Source of the DNA: Coprothermobacterota bacterium
GTDB taxonomy: Bacteria > Coprothermobacterota > HKB111
Reading direction: 5' to 3'
DNA: 64,000 nucleotides
NCBI GenBank assembly: GCA_037440465.1
Contig: JBBIUB010000006.1
Span: 251-64,250, forward strand
Shown here: positions 1 through 9,493 of the stretch, piece by piece
How the letters are laid out: the number at the start of each line of letters is the position of its first letter
How positions within the stretch are numbered: the stretch's first letter is position 1
Notes under the pieces: generated by a model
Database searches by the model: none
Told to the model about the DNA's origin: nothing
Seen by the model: only the letters and a program-made list of their open reading frames with translations
Translations under genes and position numbers: made by a program

Positions 1-1
1 C

Positions 2-1102
2 AAATACCCCGAGGTAAAGTTTGAAGAGGTAAGGACATCGGCCATTGTGGCTGAAGAATTAAACAAACTTGGCCTTGAGGTGACAACAGGTGTTGCAAAA
101 ACCGGTGTGACAGGTGTTTTAAGAGGAAAAGTAGAAAAGATGGTAGCCTTAAGGGCAGATATGGATGCTCTACCTTTAGAAGAAAATAACGATTTACCTT
201 ACAAATCCACAGTTCCAGGAAAGATGCATGCCTGCGGTCATGACGCTCATACCGCCATGCTTTTAGGTACAGCCAGGGTGCTATCAGAGATGAAAGATGA
301 ACTTAACGGTAGTGTTAAATTTATCTTTCAACCTGGGGAGGAAGGTGGTGGTGGAGCCAGAATCATGATTGAGGAAGGCGTTTTGAAGGGTGTTGATGCT
401 ATATTTGGTCTGCATGTCTGGGCGGAGTTTCCATCTGGGGTTATTGCCACTAAAGAAGGTCCCATTCTGGCATCATCAGATGGTTTTGTAATTTCTATTC
501 AGGGGAAAGGTGGCCATGCAGCCGCCCCACACCTGACCAGTGACCCCACAGTTCCTGCAGTTGATATTTACAATGCTTTACAGAAGGTAGTATCTAAAAA
601 TATTAGTCCCCTGGAGCCTGTGGTCATCACTACCCCAATTATTAATGGCAGTAATGCATATAACATCATACCGGATAGAGCAGAAGTGAGGGGAACTTTT
701 AGAACCTTTGATATGAAAATAAGAGAAGGAGTTATAGAAAGAATAAAAGAAATTTCAGAGAATTATGCCCGGGCCTGGAGATGCGAAGCATCGGTAGAAC
801 TCTCAAGAGAACCTTATCCCCCAACCATAAATGACCCTGAAATGACCAGATTTATGAAAAAGGTGGCAGAAACGATTGCTCCTGTTAGAGAAGCAGAAAA
901 GAGGATGGGAGCTGAGGACTTTTCATTTTACCTTCAACAGATACCCGGCTCTTTAGCCCTGCTGGGGATTAAGAATGAAGAAAAGGAAATTACCTACCCT
1001 CATCATCATCCAAGATTTGATGTGGATGAAGGAGTTCTGTATCTCGGGACTGCTTTCTATGCCTTGTTGGCTTATAGGTATCTTAAAGAGTTTAGTAAGT
1101 AG
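2..1102 (+). CDS. M20D-family amidohydrolase (N-acyl-amino acid / hippurate hydrolase-like), 5' partial; reading frame is open from the window edge
   Basis: In-frame translation from nt 2 (KYPEVKFEEVRTSAIVAEELNKLG...), metal-binding HACGHD motif and typical M20D length/order; the ATG at 47 is internal. Confidence 0.75.
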   Translation, partial: KYPEVKFEEVRTSAIVAEELNKLGLEVTTGVAKTGVTGVLRGKVEKMVALRADMDALPLEENNDLPYKSTVPGKMHACGHDAHTAMLLGTARVLSEMKDELNGSVKFIFQPGEEGGGGARIMIEEGVLKGVDAIFGLHVWAEFPSGVIATKEGPILASSDGFVISIQGKGGHAAAPHLTSDPTVPAVDIYNALQKVVSKNISPLEPVVITTPIINGSNAYNIIPDRAEVRGTFRTFDMKIREGVIERIKEISENYARAWRCEASVELSREPYPPTINDPEMTRFMKKVAETIAPVREAEKRMGAEDFSFYLQQIPGSLALLGIKNEEKEITYPHHHPRFDVDEGVLYLGTAFYALLAYRYLKEFSK

Positions 1103-1175
1103 ATTTATTATGTAAAATAGGATAGGCTAAAGTCTAAAAAAGTACTAGAAATATACTAATTAATACTAAAAGGAG

Positions 1176-2369
1176 ATGAGAATTGTGAGTAAAGAAGCGA
1201 TAGAATTAGCAAATATGTACAGCGCCCGAAACTACCTTCCTTTACCAGTGGTACTATCCTGGGGAGAAGGAGTGTGGGTGGAAGACCCAGAAGGTCGCCG
1301 TTATTTGGATATGTTGAGTTGTTATTCTGCCCTCAACCATGGCCATCGCCACCCAAAGCTCATTCAGGCGTTAAGGGAGCAGGCAGATAGAATTACTCTC
1401 ACTTCCCGTGCTTTTCATAATGACCAAATTGGGCCTCTTTCAGCTAAACTGGCTAAACTGTGCGGGCGTGATATGGTCTTACTTATGAATACGGGTGTGG
1501 AAGCAGTGGAAACAGCACTCAAAGCTGCCCGCCGCTGGGGATACAGGGCAAAGGGTGTGTCAATTGATGAAGCAGAAATAATAGTATGTGAAGGAAACTT
1601 CCACGGTAGGACCATTACTGCTGTTTCTTTTTCTTCTCATAAGGAGTATCGCCAGAATTTTGGTCCTTTTACTCCTGGATTTAAGGTGATACCATACGGG
1701 GATGTAGAGACTCTAAAAAAGGCAATAACACCTAAAACTGTGGCTTTTCTGGTGGAACCCATCCAAGGCGAAGCAGGGGTGGTTATTCCGCCTCCCGGAT
1801 TTATATCTGAAGCTGCCCGAATATGTAAAGAAAACCAGGTACTTCTTCTGGCTGATGAGATTCAGACCGGTCTGGGTCGAACCGGTAAGGTTTTTGGTTG
1901 CGACTGGGAAGATGTAAAGCCCGATGTTTACATCCTGGGAAAGGCTCTGGGTGGTGGAATAATTCCTATCTCAGCCGCAGTGGCAGACAGGGAGGTTATG
2001 GGGCTTTTTGAACCCGGTTCTCACGGTTCTACTTTTGGTGGAAACCCCCTGGCCTGCGCGGTAGCCATATCAGCACTGGATGTACTGGAAGAAGAGAAGT
2101 TGCCTGAACGTTCCAATGATATGGGCGCATATGTTCTTAATGAACTTAAGAAACGAACAACCCATCCTGAAATCAAAGAAATTAGGGGCCGCGGGCTCTT
2201 TGTAGGGGTGGAGCTCCATGTGCGTGCCCGTCCTTTCTGTGAGAAATTGATGGAGGAAGGACTCCTTTGTAAAGAAACCCACGATAATGTTATCCGTTTT
2301 GCTCCACCACTGGTAATAACCAGAGAAGAGCTTGATTGGGCACTGGAACGGGTCACCAGGGTATTGTAA
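1176..2369 (+). CDS. rocD: ornithine aminotransferase (class III PLP aminotransferase)
   Basis: 397 aa; N-terminal YSA(L)NHGH and the GxGRTGK-like PLP lysine region are typical of OAT; RBS AAAGGAGAT upstream. Confidence 0.8.
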   Translation: MRIVSKEAIELANMYSARNYLPLPVVLSWGEGVWVEDPEGRRYLDMLSCYSALNHGHRHPKLIQALREQADRITLTSRAFHNDQIGPLSAKLAKLCGRDMVLLMNTGVEAVETALKAARRWGYRAKGVSIDEAEIIVCEGNFHGRTITAVSFSSHKEYRQNFGPFTPGFKVIPYGDVETLKKAITPKTVAFLVEPIQGEAGVVIPPPGFISEAARICKENQVLLLADEIQTGLGRTGKVFGCDWEDVKPDVYILGKALGGGIIPISAAVADREVMGLFEPGSHGSTFGGNPLACAVAISALDVLEEEKLPERSNDMGAYVLNELKKRTTHPEIKEIRGRGLFVGVELHVRARPFCEKLMEEGLLCKETHDNVIRFAPPLVITREELDWALERVTRVL

Positions 2370-2391
2370 GTAGTTATAAAATGTTCTTAAG

Positions 2392-3363
2392 ATGGGTTAC
2401 GAGCCTTATTACCTTAAACTATATAAGAACAGTGAACTGGACGAAAGGATAGAGAAGCTCTATAAAGTTTTAGAGAACTGTACTCTTTGCCCCAGAAGGT
2501 GCGAGAAGAACCGACTCCAGGATGAAAAAGGGGTCTGTAGGGCAGGCAAGGACACGGAGATCTCCAGCTACGGTCCTCATTTTGGTGAGGAGGAACCGCT
2601 GGTTGGTTCAAGCAGGTTGTTTATCCCCCGTCTGGGGAAACTTACTCCTGCCGGTGGTTCAGGCACTATATTTTTAACCAACTGTAATCTGAAGTGTATC
2701 TTTTGTCAGAACTATGACATAAGCCATCAAGGTATGGGAACACTGGTATCTTCAGAGAGGGTAGCCAGGATGATGATAGAACTTCAAGAGGTAGGTTGTC
2801 ATAATATAAACTTTGTCACTCCCACTCACTACACGCCCCAGCTTGTAAAAGCGTTGAAGAAAGCCATAGAGTTGGGTCTTCGTCTTCCCATAGTATATAA
2901 CTGTGGTGGTTATGAAGAAGTGGAGACCATAAAACTTCTGGATGGAATAGTCGATATTTACATGCCAGATATAAAGTACGGTTCTGAAGAGGCTGCGAAG
3001 AAATACTCTAATGCTCCTGATTACTTTACTAAGTGTCAAGAAGCTGTAAAAGAGATGCACAGTCAGGTGGGAGACCTCAAAATGGACGATAGAGGAATAG
3101 CTTATCGTGGTCTTCTTATAAGGCATCTCGTGCTTCCCAACGGTCTTGCTGGTAGTAAAGAAGTCCTGGAGTTTATAGTAAAAAAACTGTCTCCCGACAG
3201 TTATGTAAACATTATGGACCAATACCGCCCCATGTTCCGGGCGGGAGAGTACCGGGAATTAAGCAGAACCATAACGCGTGATGAGTTTTATAAAGTGATA
3301 AATCTGGCAAAGGAAATGGGGCTCAACCGTTTTAGACGTGATTATTCACTGGTAAAGCCGTGA
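2392..3363 (+). CDS. radical SAM protein, PflX-like (COG1313, PFL-activase-related Fe-S protein)
   Basis: CNLKCIFCQN CxxxCxxC motif, an upstream CPRRC...C cluster, and ~320 aa size. Confidence 0.65.
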   Translation: MGYEPYYLKLYKNSELDERIEKLYKVLENCTLCPRRCEKNRLQDEKGVCRAGKDTEISSYGPHFGEEEPLVGSSRLFIPRLGKLTPAGGSGTIFLTNCNLKCIFCQNYDISHQGMGTLVSSERVARMMIELQEVGCHNINFVTPTHYTPQLVKALKKAIELGLRLPIVYNCGGYEEVETIKLLDGIVDIYMPDIKYGSEEAAKKYSNAPDYFTKCQEAVKEMHSQVGDLKMDDRGIAYRGLLIRHLVLPNGLAGSKEVLEFIVKKLSPDSYVNIMDQYRPMFRAGEYRELSRTITRDEFYKVINLAKEMGLNRFRRDYSLVKP

Positions 3364-3416
3364 CGAGTGACGAGTAAGGTGAGAAGAACTATGAAAGTTT
3401 ACATAAGTGAGCTGAG

Positions 3417-4454
3417 ATGCTATATATAGACGGCAGTCAGAAATCAGGCTCAGGTACTATCGTAAGGACCTCGGTAGCCCTAGCGACTTTACTTAGTAAG
3501 GAGCTTTACATTGGCAATGTTAGAGCCAAACGCTCCAAACCTGGCCTGAGAGCCCAGCATCTGGAGGCAGTGAGGACCTGTGCCCTTCTCTGCGGCGGAA
3601 CCTTAGAAGGAGCAGAGGTGGGATCCAGGGAGGTACGCTTCAAACCTGGAGGCGAAATAAAGGGTGGTTTTTATGAGAGGGACATTGGTACCGCTGGCTC
3701 CACCACCATGCTGGCTTCGGGTCTCCTTCCCCTTTCTTCCTTTGCCCATAGTCCTACCACCTTTCGTCTGATAGGTGGCCTTTTCCAGGACTTTGCTCCT
3801 TCTGGATATCATATGAAGCATATCCTTCTTCCCACCTTAGGAAAGATGGGAGTGAGTGCCGAACTGGAGATGGAGCGACCGGGGTATGTACCCACGGGTG
3901 GAGGAATTCTAAAGCTATCTGTTAAACCAGTAGAAGTGATAAGGCCATTGAAGCTTCTAAAGCAGGGGAGGGTGGTGAAGATTAAAGGGATAGCCATCTC
4001 TTCTCATCTTGAAGAGAGAAAGGTTAGCGAGAGGATGGCAAAAGAGTGCATCAAGGTCTTAAGGTCCCGAAGGTACGAGCCAGAGATAAGTATTGTCCAT
4101 GACACCACCGCTATTCAGCCCGGAGCTGCCCTGTCCCTCTGGACAGAAACAGATACCGGTTGTCTCATAGGGATGGACCAGGCAGGAGAGCCCCGAAGGC
4201 GAGCGGAAGAGATAGGAAAATATGTAGCTTTGAACCTTCTTAAGGATTTGGACAGCGGTGCCACTGTGGACCGTTATCTGGCAGACCAGTTAATCCTTTA
4301 CTGCGCCCTGGCAGAGGGGGAGAGCGAATACATCATACCTGAAATTACCGAGCACATAGAGACCCTTATCTGGCTTATGGAGGTTATTTTGGGTGTAAAG
4401 GTGGAGGTCAAAGGAAACCACCTTAGAATTGAAGGTGTGGGGTACCACCTGTAA
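3417..4454 (+). CDS. rtcA: RNA 3'-terminal phosphate cyclase
   Basis: 345 aa; N-terminal YIDGSQKSGSGTIVRTSVALATLL matches the RtcA signature region. Confidence 0.75.
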   Translation: MLYIDGSQKSGSGTIVRTSVALATLLSKELYIGNVRAKRSKPGLRAQHLEAVRTCALLCGGTLEGAEVGSREVRFKPGGEIKGGFYERDIGTAGSTTMLASGLLPLSSFAHSPTTFRLIGGLFQDFAPSGYHMKHILLPTLGKMGVSAELEMERPGYVPTGGGILKLSVKPVEVIRPLKLLKQGRVVKIKGIAISSHLEERKVSERMAKECIKVLRSRRYEPEISIVHDTTAIQPGAALSLWTETDTGCLIGMDQAGEPRRRAEEIGKYVALNLLKDLDSGATVDRYLADQLILYCALAEGESEYIIPEITEHIETLIWLMEVILGVKVEVKGNHLRIEGVGYHL

Positions 4455-4623
4455 AACGGGACCTGTAGAATGGGAGTCTCTGTAAAAATCAGAGGTATCT
4501 ATACCACCGCTTTAAGCCAGCTTTTTACAGAGTGTAATTATTTCATCGTCCAGTCATCCTCTGAGATGAAAGGAAGATTCTCCTGGTACAGAAGGCTTCA
4601 ACCGGAAGGGACACCCAGGGTGG

Positions 4624-5286
4624 TCAATCTTCTACTTTTGCTCCACACTCTGTGCAGAATTTAGCCCCGGCTTTTAGTTTAGCACCACATTGAGTACATT
4701 GAGCCTGAGCAAGAATCTTTGCACCGCATTCCGGGCAGAACTTGGTTTTAGTTGATAGAGGTTTTTTGCAGTTGGGACATGTAGCTCTAACTCCCTCGCG
4801 CCAGCTTTCTGTCTTAAGCATTTTCCTGTCTTCTTCAGCCATTTTGGAATGAGCCCAGATTTCTCCAACTGTACGGCTGGCTTGAGCTGCAGCCATTTCA
4901 ACCCCTAAGTCTGGCGCACACTCTTTACATAAGCCTTTGTTTTCATTCCAACAACTCTTACGACACACCCAGGAAGAACAGCGTGGACATTGAATAAAAT
5001 CTGGTTTAAGCTCTTCCATTGCTTTGAGAAATGCAGCATCGTGAGCTTTTTCCCAATTGACAGACTTTACCTGTTCACTAATTTCAGCTGCTTTCCCAAA
5101 AATTCCACCTATTAAGCCGCCTGCAGTTCCCAGAGCACTGGAAACAGTTCCAATAGTTGAAGCTTTAAAACTGGTTCGAAATCCAGTGCCACAACGGTCA
5201 CAGTAAAACTCGAATTGAAAACCCTTGTCAGTGCTCAGGTCGGAATAATTTCTGGTGAACTCAATTTTTTCACTCATAGTTTTCAC
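4624..5286 (-). CDS. multi zinc-ribbon protein (hypothetical)
   Basis: Repeated CPxC/CxxC pairs (CPNCKK...CPECGAK...CTQCGAK...CTECGAK); likely co-oriented operon with the DHOD-family gene. Confidence 0.5.
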   Translation of the reverse strand: MKTMSEKIEFTRNYSDLSTDKGFQFEFYCDRCGTGFRTSFKASTIGTVSSALGTAGGLIGGIFGKAAEISEQVKSVNWEKAHDAAFLKAMEELKPDFIQCPRCSSWVCRKSCWNENKGLCKECAPDLGVEMAAAQASRTVGEIWAHSKMAEEDRKMLKTESWREGVRATCPNCKKPLSTKTKFCPECGAKILAQAQCTQCGAKLKAGAKFCTECGAKVED

Positions 5287-5311
5287 CTCCTTTCATTTTT
5301 TCATTTCGTTC

Positions 5312-6298
5312 TTATTCTATTCCCACAAGGACTTTGATATACTGGAGTCTTTCATAGAGCTCAGGACGATCACTTTGCAGCTGACTTAGTTTGCCTCGTA
5401 TCTGGTCAATAGAGTCAAAGCTATGGGTTTTCATCCATTCATTTATATCCTCAAGAATGTTGTTGATATGCCCCAATCCTTTAAGATATAGAGTGGAGCA
5501 GATCTGAACAGCGGTAGCTCCTGCGAGTATCTGTTTGATGACCCCAGCACCATCATGTATGCCAGTAGAGGCTGTAATATCACATTTCAAACGACCACTT
5601 AGAAGAGCAACCCAGCGAAGAGGTAAACTCATTTCATCTGGTGAACTAAACCTGTGCCCAGGAACGATTGTAAGCTTTTCAAGGTCTATATCCAGCTGGT
5701 AGAAACGGTTAAAGAGTACCAGGGCAGAAACACCTCGTTTGTCAAGCTCTTTAGCCATCAAGGCTATGGAGGTAAAGTAAGGACCAATCTTCACCATTAT
5801 GGGAATGTCTACAATAGCCTTCACTTCTTCAAAGATTTTGAGAAACAACTGTTCAATGTTCTGGCCACTTAGATTAGGGTCACTGGGCATCATTGATATA
5901 TTAAGTTCTATGGCATCAGCTCCTGCCTCTTCAATCTGGTTAGCATAGTTAACCCACCATTTGGGTGTTATACAATTAAGGCTGGCAATTATCGGTATAG
6001 ACACTATTTTCTTTGCTTCTTCAACAAGCTTCAGGTATTCCCTGGGTCCCATTTCCATACCTAATCTACCTACATATTCCACAGCCTCAGGATGCCAGCC
6101 TGGTTGCAGAACATGTTCTAAGTATCTGGCTTCAGCCTGAATTTGTTCTTCGAAAAGGGATTTTAATACCACTGCACCCACTCCGGCATCAGCTAAGCGG
6201 CGAACCCCCTCTGGAGTGGAAGATAAACTGGAACTGGCTGCAATAATAGGGTTGGTCAGGTTTAGTCCTGCATAATTAGTAGATAGATTAACAGCCAT
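5312..6298 (-). CDS. dihydroorotate dehydrogenase-family (DHOD/DHPD-like) flavoprotein
   Basis: N-terminal GLNLTNPIIAASS substrate/FMN-barrel signature; 328 aa TIM barrel with no ferredoxin tail. Confidence 0.6.
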   Translation of the reverse strand: MAVNLSTNYAGLNLTNPIIAASSSLSSTPEGVRRLADAGVGAVVLKSLFEEQIQAEARYLEHVLQPGWHPEAVEYVGRLGMEMGPREYLKLVEEAKKIVSIPIIASLNCITPKWWVNYANQIEEAGADAIELNISMMPSDPNLSGQNIEQLFLKIFEEVKAIVDIPIMVKIGPYFTSIALMAKELDKRGVSALVLFNRFYQLDIDLEKLTIVPGHRFSSPDEMSLPLRWVALLSGRLKCDITASTGIHDGAGVIKQILAGATAVQICSTLYLKGLGHINNILEDINEWMKTHSFDSIDQIRGKLSQLQSDRPELYERLQYIKVLVGIE

Positions 6299-6548
6299 AA
6301 CATACCTCCTTTTTAAAAATCCAACAAGTATATTGAATCCTGAGAAATTATAACATGATAACCTTCCTCAAAAACTGCCAAAAGTTTGCCTATGTTCTTA
6401 GCTCGAGGAGTGTTCTTCCGATATCATTTATATAGTTTATAATAGAGTTAAAGCCAGATAAGTATGAATATTGATACTGAAAAACTGGCTGAGATAAAAT
6501 ACTTGAGATATATTTTTAAAGTCTTTAAATAAAAATATAAAGGAGGTT

Positions 6549-7616
6549 GTGGTGGATTTTCCGAGACTTAGCATCAATTTAGAGAAGCTAAGACATAACT
6601 ATGTGAGTTTAAGAACCCTCTGCGGTTCCTACGGTATAGATTTGGTACCTGTTACTAAGGTTGCCTTAAGTGAACCAGCCATAGTAAGTGCTTTTGTGGA
6701 AGTTGGTGCTGAAACTATAAGTGATTCCAGACTTCCCAATCTAAAAAGGATTAAGGATAATTTTAATGTAAAGACAATGCTTCTTCGAATGCTACCACCA
6801 CGATTGGCAGGAGAGACTGTTGAGCTTGCTGATATTTCTACTAATTCTGAGTTATCTACTATCAGTGCCCTTGGGAAAGCGGCTATTAAAAGAGGAATAA
6901 GTCATCAGGTTTTGGTTATGGTAGAGATGGGTGACTTGCGGGAAGGTATACCTCAGGAAGAACTTCTTACTTTCCTTGAGGAAGCCCTAAAAGTGAAAGG
7001 GGTAGAAATTATCGGATTAGGCTGTAACCTTACCTGCTATGGTGGAGTAATCCCCAGTGTTGCAAAGATGGAGAAACTTTACAGTCTCAAGAGAAAAGCT
7101 GAGAAAGAGCTGGGAATCAAGATGCCTGTTCTTTCAGGAGGGTCTTCTAATTTAATTCATCTTCTTTTGAAAGGTGTTCATCTCCCTATAAACCAGATGA
7201 GAGTAGGTGAAGGGATTTTTCTGGGAGTTGAGGCTATAAATAAAAATCCTATACCAGGACTTTACCTTGATATTTTCAAACTTGAAGCGGAGGTTATAGA
7301 AGTTAAGATTAAGCCATCCCTACCTCGCGGAAGAAGAACTGTAAACGCCTTTGATGAAGTAACTCACTTTCGTGATTTTGGTAGAAGAAAGAGGGCTCTT
7401 CTGGCTCTGGGACGGCAGGATGTCATGCTGGGTGGCTTGAAGCCACGAGATGAAGGAATTATGATACTGGGTGCTTCCTCTGACCATATGGTTCTGGATG
7501 TTGAAGAAAGTGAGAAGGGGATAAAGGTTGGCGATGTTCTATCCTTCAGTGTTAATTATGGTGCCCTTCTTCAAGCTATGACCTCACCCTTTGTGGTTAA
7601 AGCTTATTCTGAATAA
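6549..7616 (+). CDS. alanine-racemase-fold PLP enzyme (YhfX / ornithine-racemase-like)
   Basis: 355 aa; N-terminal lysine region (LVPVTKV) and length match the alanine racemase N-terminal fold; divergent from the DHOD-family gene. Confidence 0.5.
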   Translation: MVDFPRLSINLEKLRHNYVSLRTLCGSYGIDLVPVTKVALSEPAIVSAFVEVGAETISDSRLPNLKRIKDNFNVKTMLLRMLPPRLAGETVELADISTNSELSTISALGKAAIKRGISHQVLVMVEMGDLREGIPQEELLTFLEEALKVKGVEIIGLGCNLTCYGGVIPSVAKMEKLYSLKRKAEKELGIKMPVLSGGSSNLIHLLLKGVHLPINQMRVGEGIFLGVEAINKNPIPGLYLDIFKLEAEVIEVKIKPSLPRGRRTVNAFDEVTHFRDFGRRKRALLALGRQDVMLGGLKPRDEGIMILGASSDHMVLDVEESEKGIKVGDVLSFSVNYGALLQAMTSPFVVKAYSE

Positions 7617-7732
7617 TACCTTGCTTCTTGTGAATATTACGAAGCATAAATTTGCATTATAGAGAAACCTTGAGAATGGTAAATGAGTGGGATATTCTAA
7701 AAAGAGGTATAAAATAAAATGAGGGAAATATT

Positions 7733-8137
7733 ATGATATTCCATCAGGAAGATTATGCCATTATATTATTTGATGAAGATGTACCGTGTGTGGTCATAGA
7801 GTGGATCACTTATACAAAGAGTCAGCAATTTCGCGATATTCTAAATAGAACCCTGGAGGCATATAAGTTTTTTACATTGAAACACAATAAACTACACTGG
7901 ATTATTGATGCCCGAAATTTTTTGCCTGTACTACCCCAAGATATTGATTGGGCTATTGGGGAACTCAACCCACGCTTATTGGCTTCTGGGTTAAAGTACA
8001 TGGCTATTATTGATGCTGAAAATGAGTATGCCAGGGCACGTATGGATGAATATATTAATAGAACAGATTTTACACACTTAATTATCAGAACCTTCAAATC
8101 ACTTGAGGAAGCAAAGGATTGGTTGAAGACCTGTTAA
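7733..8137 (+). CDS. hypothetical protein (possible STAS-like fold)
   Basis: 134 aa ORF with RBS GAGGTATAAAATAAAATGAGGGAAAT; no recognisable motif. Confidence 0.35.
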   Translation: MIFHQEDYAIILFDEDVPCVVIEWITYTKSQQFRDILNRTLEAYKFFTLKHNKLHWIIDARNFLPVLPQDIDWAIGELNPRLLASGLKYMAIIDAENEYARARMDEYINRTDFTHLIIRTFKSLEEAKDWLKTC

Positions 8138-8257
8138 AGTCAACGATTATATCCTTGGATTACAAAAAATATTTTGATAAATAGTTATAATTATTTAGTG
8201 TTATCTTACCACTACCTGTGATAGTGGGTAGTATTAAGTAGAAAGGAGGACAATCTT

Positions 8258-8503
8258 ATGATGTGGGGAAACTGGGCTCCTTTTTTTGGGCCTTTAATGG
8301 TTTTGGTAATGATATTAACCTGGATTTTGGCACTGACTCTCTTTGTTTCAGTTATCCTGACTATATACTATTATGTTTCAGGAAAGGAGGAAGAGTTTAA
8401 ACGAGCTAAAAAGATCTTGATTGTTGTCCTGATAGTATTCTTGGCTATTGCTGTGTTGACCCTTTTAATTCTTCTTCCTACCCCAGGCGTTAACAGCACT
8501 TGA
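8258..8503 (+). CDS. small membrane protein
   Basis: 81 aa, two hydrophobic helices, RBS AAAGGAGGA, followed by an intrinsic terminator. Confidence 0.4.
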   Translation: MMWGNWAPFFGPLMVLVMILTWILALTLFVSVILTIYYYVSGKEEEFKRAKKILIVVLIVFLAIAVLTLLILLPTPGVNST

Positions 8504-8511
8504 TAAATTAA

Positions 8512-8538
8512 CTCCTCTCCCGTGTGGAGAGTTTTTTA
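8512..8538 (+). terminator. rho-independent terminator (CTCCTCTCC-cgtgtg-GGAGAG + T6)
   Basis: Perfect GC stem followed by TTTTTT directly after the stop of the 8258-8503 ORF. Confidence 0.65.
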
Positions 8539-8566
8539 AATAATTAGGGACGCTTCTCAATTATTT
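8538..8566. repeat. direct repeat copy A (AATAATTAGGGACGCTTCTCAATTATTTA)
   Basis: ~22/25 identical to copy B at 9333-9361; together they bracket the Mo-oxidoreductase gene plus its leader. Confidence 0.5.
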
Positions 8567-8737
8567 ATAATCTTCCTCAATCACATTTTTTAGAAAAGTG
8601 GGTGATGGGGAGGATAGAGCCTATCCCGTACTCGATACGGGGTTGGGGGTGGTACTAAGGCGGAGAAAAGCTGACGGACTCTTGTTCCCAGGCTGAAAAC
8701 CTTACCGTAGGTCTATTCTACTAATTTAGGAGGTTTT

Positions 8738-9337
8738 ATGTACGATATTGAAAGTATAGAAAGTTGTGATACTAAAAAAACAGACCGACTTCCACCGGGT
8801 CAGTATGAAGTTAAAGAGTGGCCTGTCTTACATGCTGGCAAGGTTCCTTTTATTGATATGGACAAATGGAATTTTCACATCTTTGGGTTGGTGGATAAAG
8901 AAGTCGTTCTTAATTATCAAGAATTTTTAGCTTTACCTCAAATAGAGATCTATGCTGATTTTCACTGCGTGGAAAGGTGGTCCAGGCTCGGGAATCTCTG
9001 GAAGGGTGTAAGTAGTCGGGTGATAATTGAATTAGTCAGACCTTTACCAGAAGCTAAGTTCGTCATAATCCATGCTGAAGGAGGTTTTACCACCAACCTT
9101 GCCCTGGAAGATTTCCTTAGAGAAGATGTTCTTTTTGCTTTCCAGCATGATGGTAGAGATTTAACTCCAGAACATGGCTATCCTTTGAGACTGGTAGTTC
9201 CAGGATTATATTTCTGGAAAAGTACTAAATGGGTAAGGGGAATAGAATATGTTTCAGAAGATAAGCCTGGATTCTGGGAAAAAAGGGGCTATCACCATAG
9301 AGGAGACATCTGGAAAGAAGAAAGATTCGAAGAATAA
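8738..9337 (+). CDS. sulfite-oxidase-family molybdopterin-binding oxidoreductase domain protein (YedY/MsrP-like catalytic domain)
   Basis: FHCVERWS...GYPLRLVVPGLYFWKSTKWVRGIEYV matches the oxidoreductase molybdopterin-binding fold; 199 aa. Confidence 0.65.
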   Translation: MYDIESIESCDTKKTDRLPPGQYEVKEWPVLHAGKVPFIDMDKWNFHIFGLVDKEVVLNYQEFLALPQIEIYADFHCVERWSRLGNLWKGVSSRVIIELVRPLPEAKFVIIHAEGGFTTNLALEDFLREDVLFAFQHDGRDLTPEHGYPLRLVVPGLYFWKSTKWVRGIEYVSEDKPGFWEKRGYHHRGDIWKEERFEE

Positions 9338-9361
9338 TTAGGGACGTTTCTAAATATATTT
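9333..9361. repeat. direct repeat copy B (AATAATTAGGGACGTTTCTAAATATATTT), overlapping the oxidoreductase stop and abutting tRNA-Glu
   Basis: See copy A. Confidence 0.5.
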
Positions 9362-9373
9362 GTTATAAAAAAC

Positions 9374-9448
9374 TGGTAGCGCTGCGGGGAATCGAACCCC
9401 GGTTTGCGGATTGAGAGCCCGCTGAACTAACCCCTGTTCTACAGCGCC
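9374..9448 (-). tRNA. tRNA-Glu (anticodon CUC)
   Basis: Reverse complement folds as a cloverleaf: acceptor GGCGCTG/CAGCGCT, D stem GAAC/GTTC, anticodon stem GCGGG/TCCGC with loop CTCTCAA (U33, CTC, A37), T arm CGGGG-TTCGATT-CCCCG, CCA encoded. Confidence 0.85.
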
Positions 9449-9493
9449 ACATAAAATATATTATATCACGCTTTTAAATCTCAAAAAGAGCTT

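Noticed and set aside
1415-2356. Antisense ORFs (1415-1615, 2021-2356, 2070-2282) inside rocD
   Set aside because: They lie fully within a well-supported gene on the opposite strand, have low-complexity S/P/R-rich translations and no RBS. They are typical shadow ORFs. The same reasoning applies to 17649-18254, 5654-5872, 6013-6246, 14404-15774, 40269-40625, 41281-41694, 47824-48384 and similar track ORFs.
4470-4664. 64-aa ORF after rtcA
   Set aside because: No RBS, it overlaps the convergent zinc-ribbon gene's 3' end, and its composition is low-complexity; likely non-coding.
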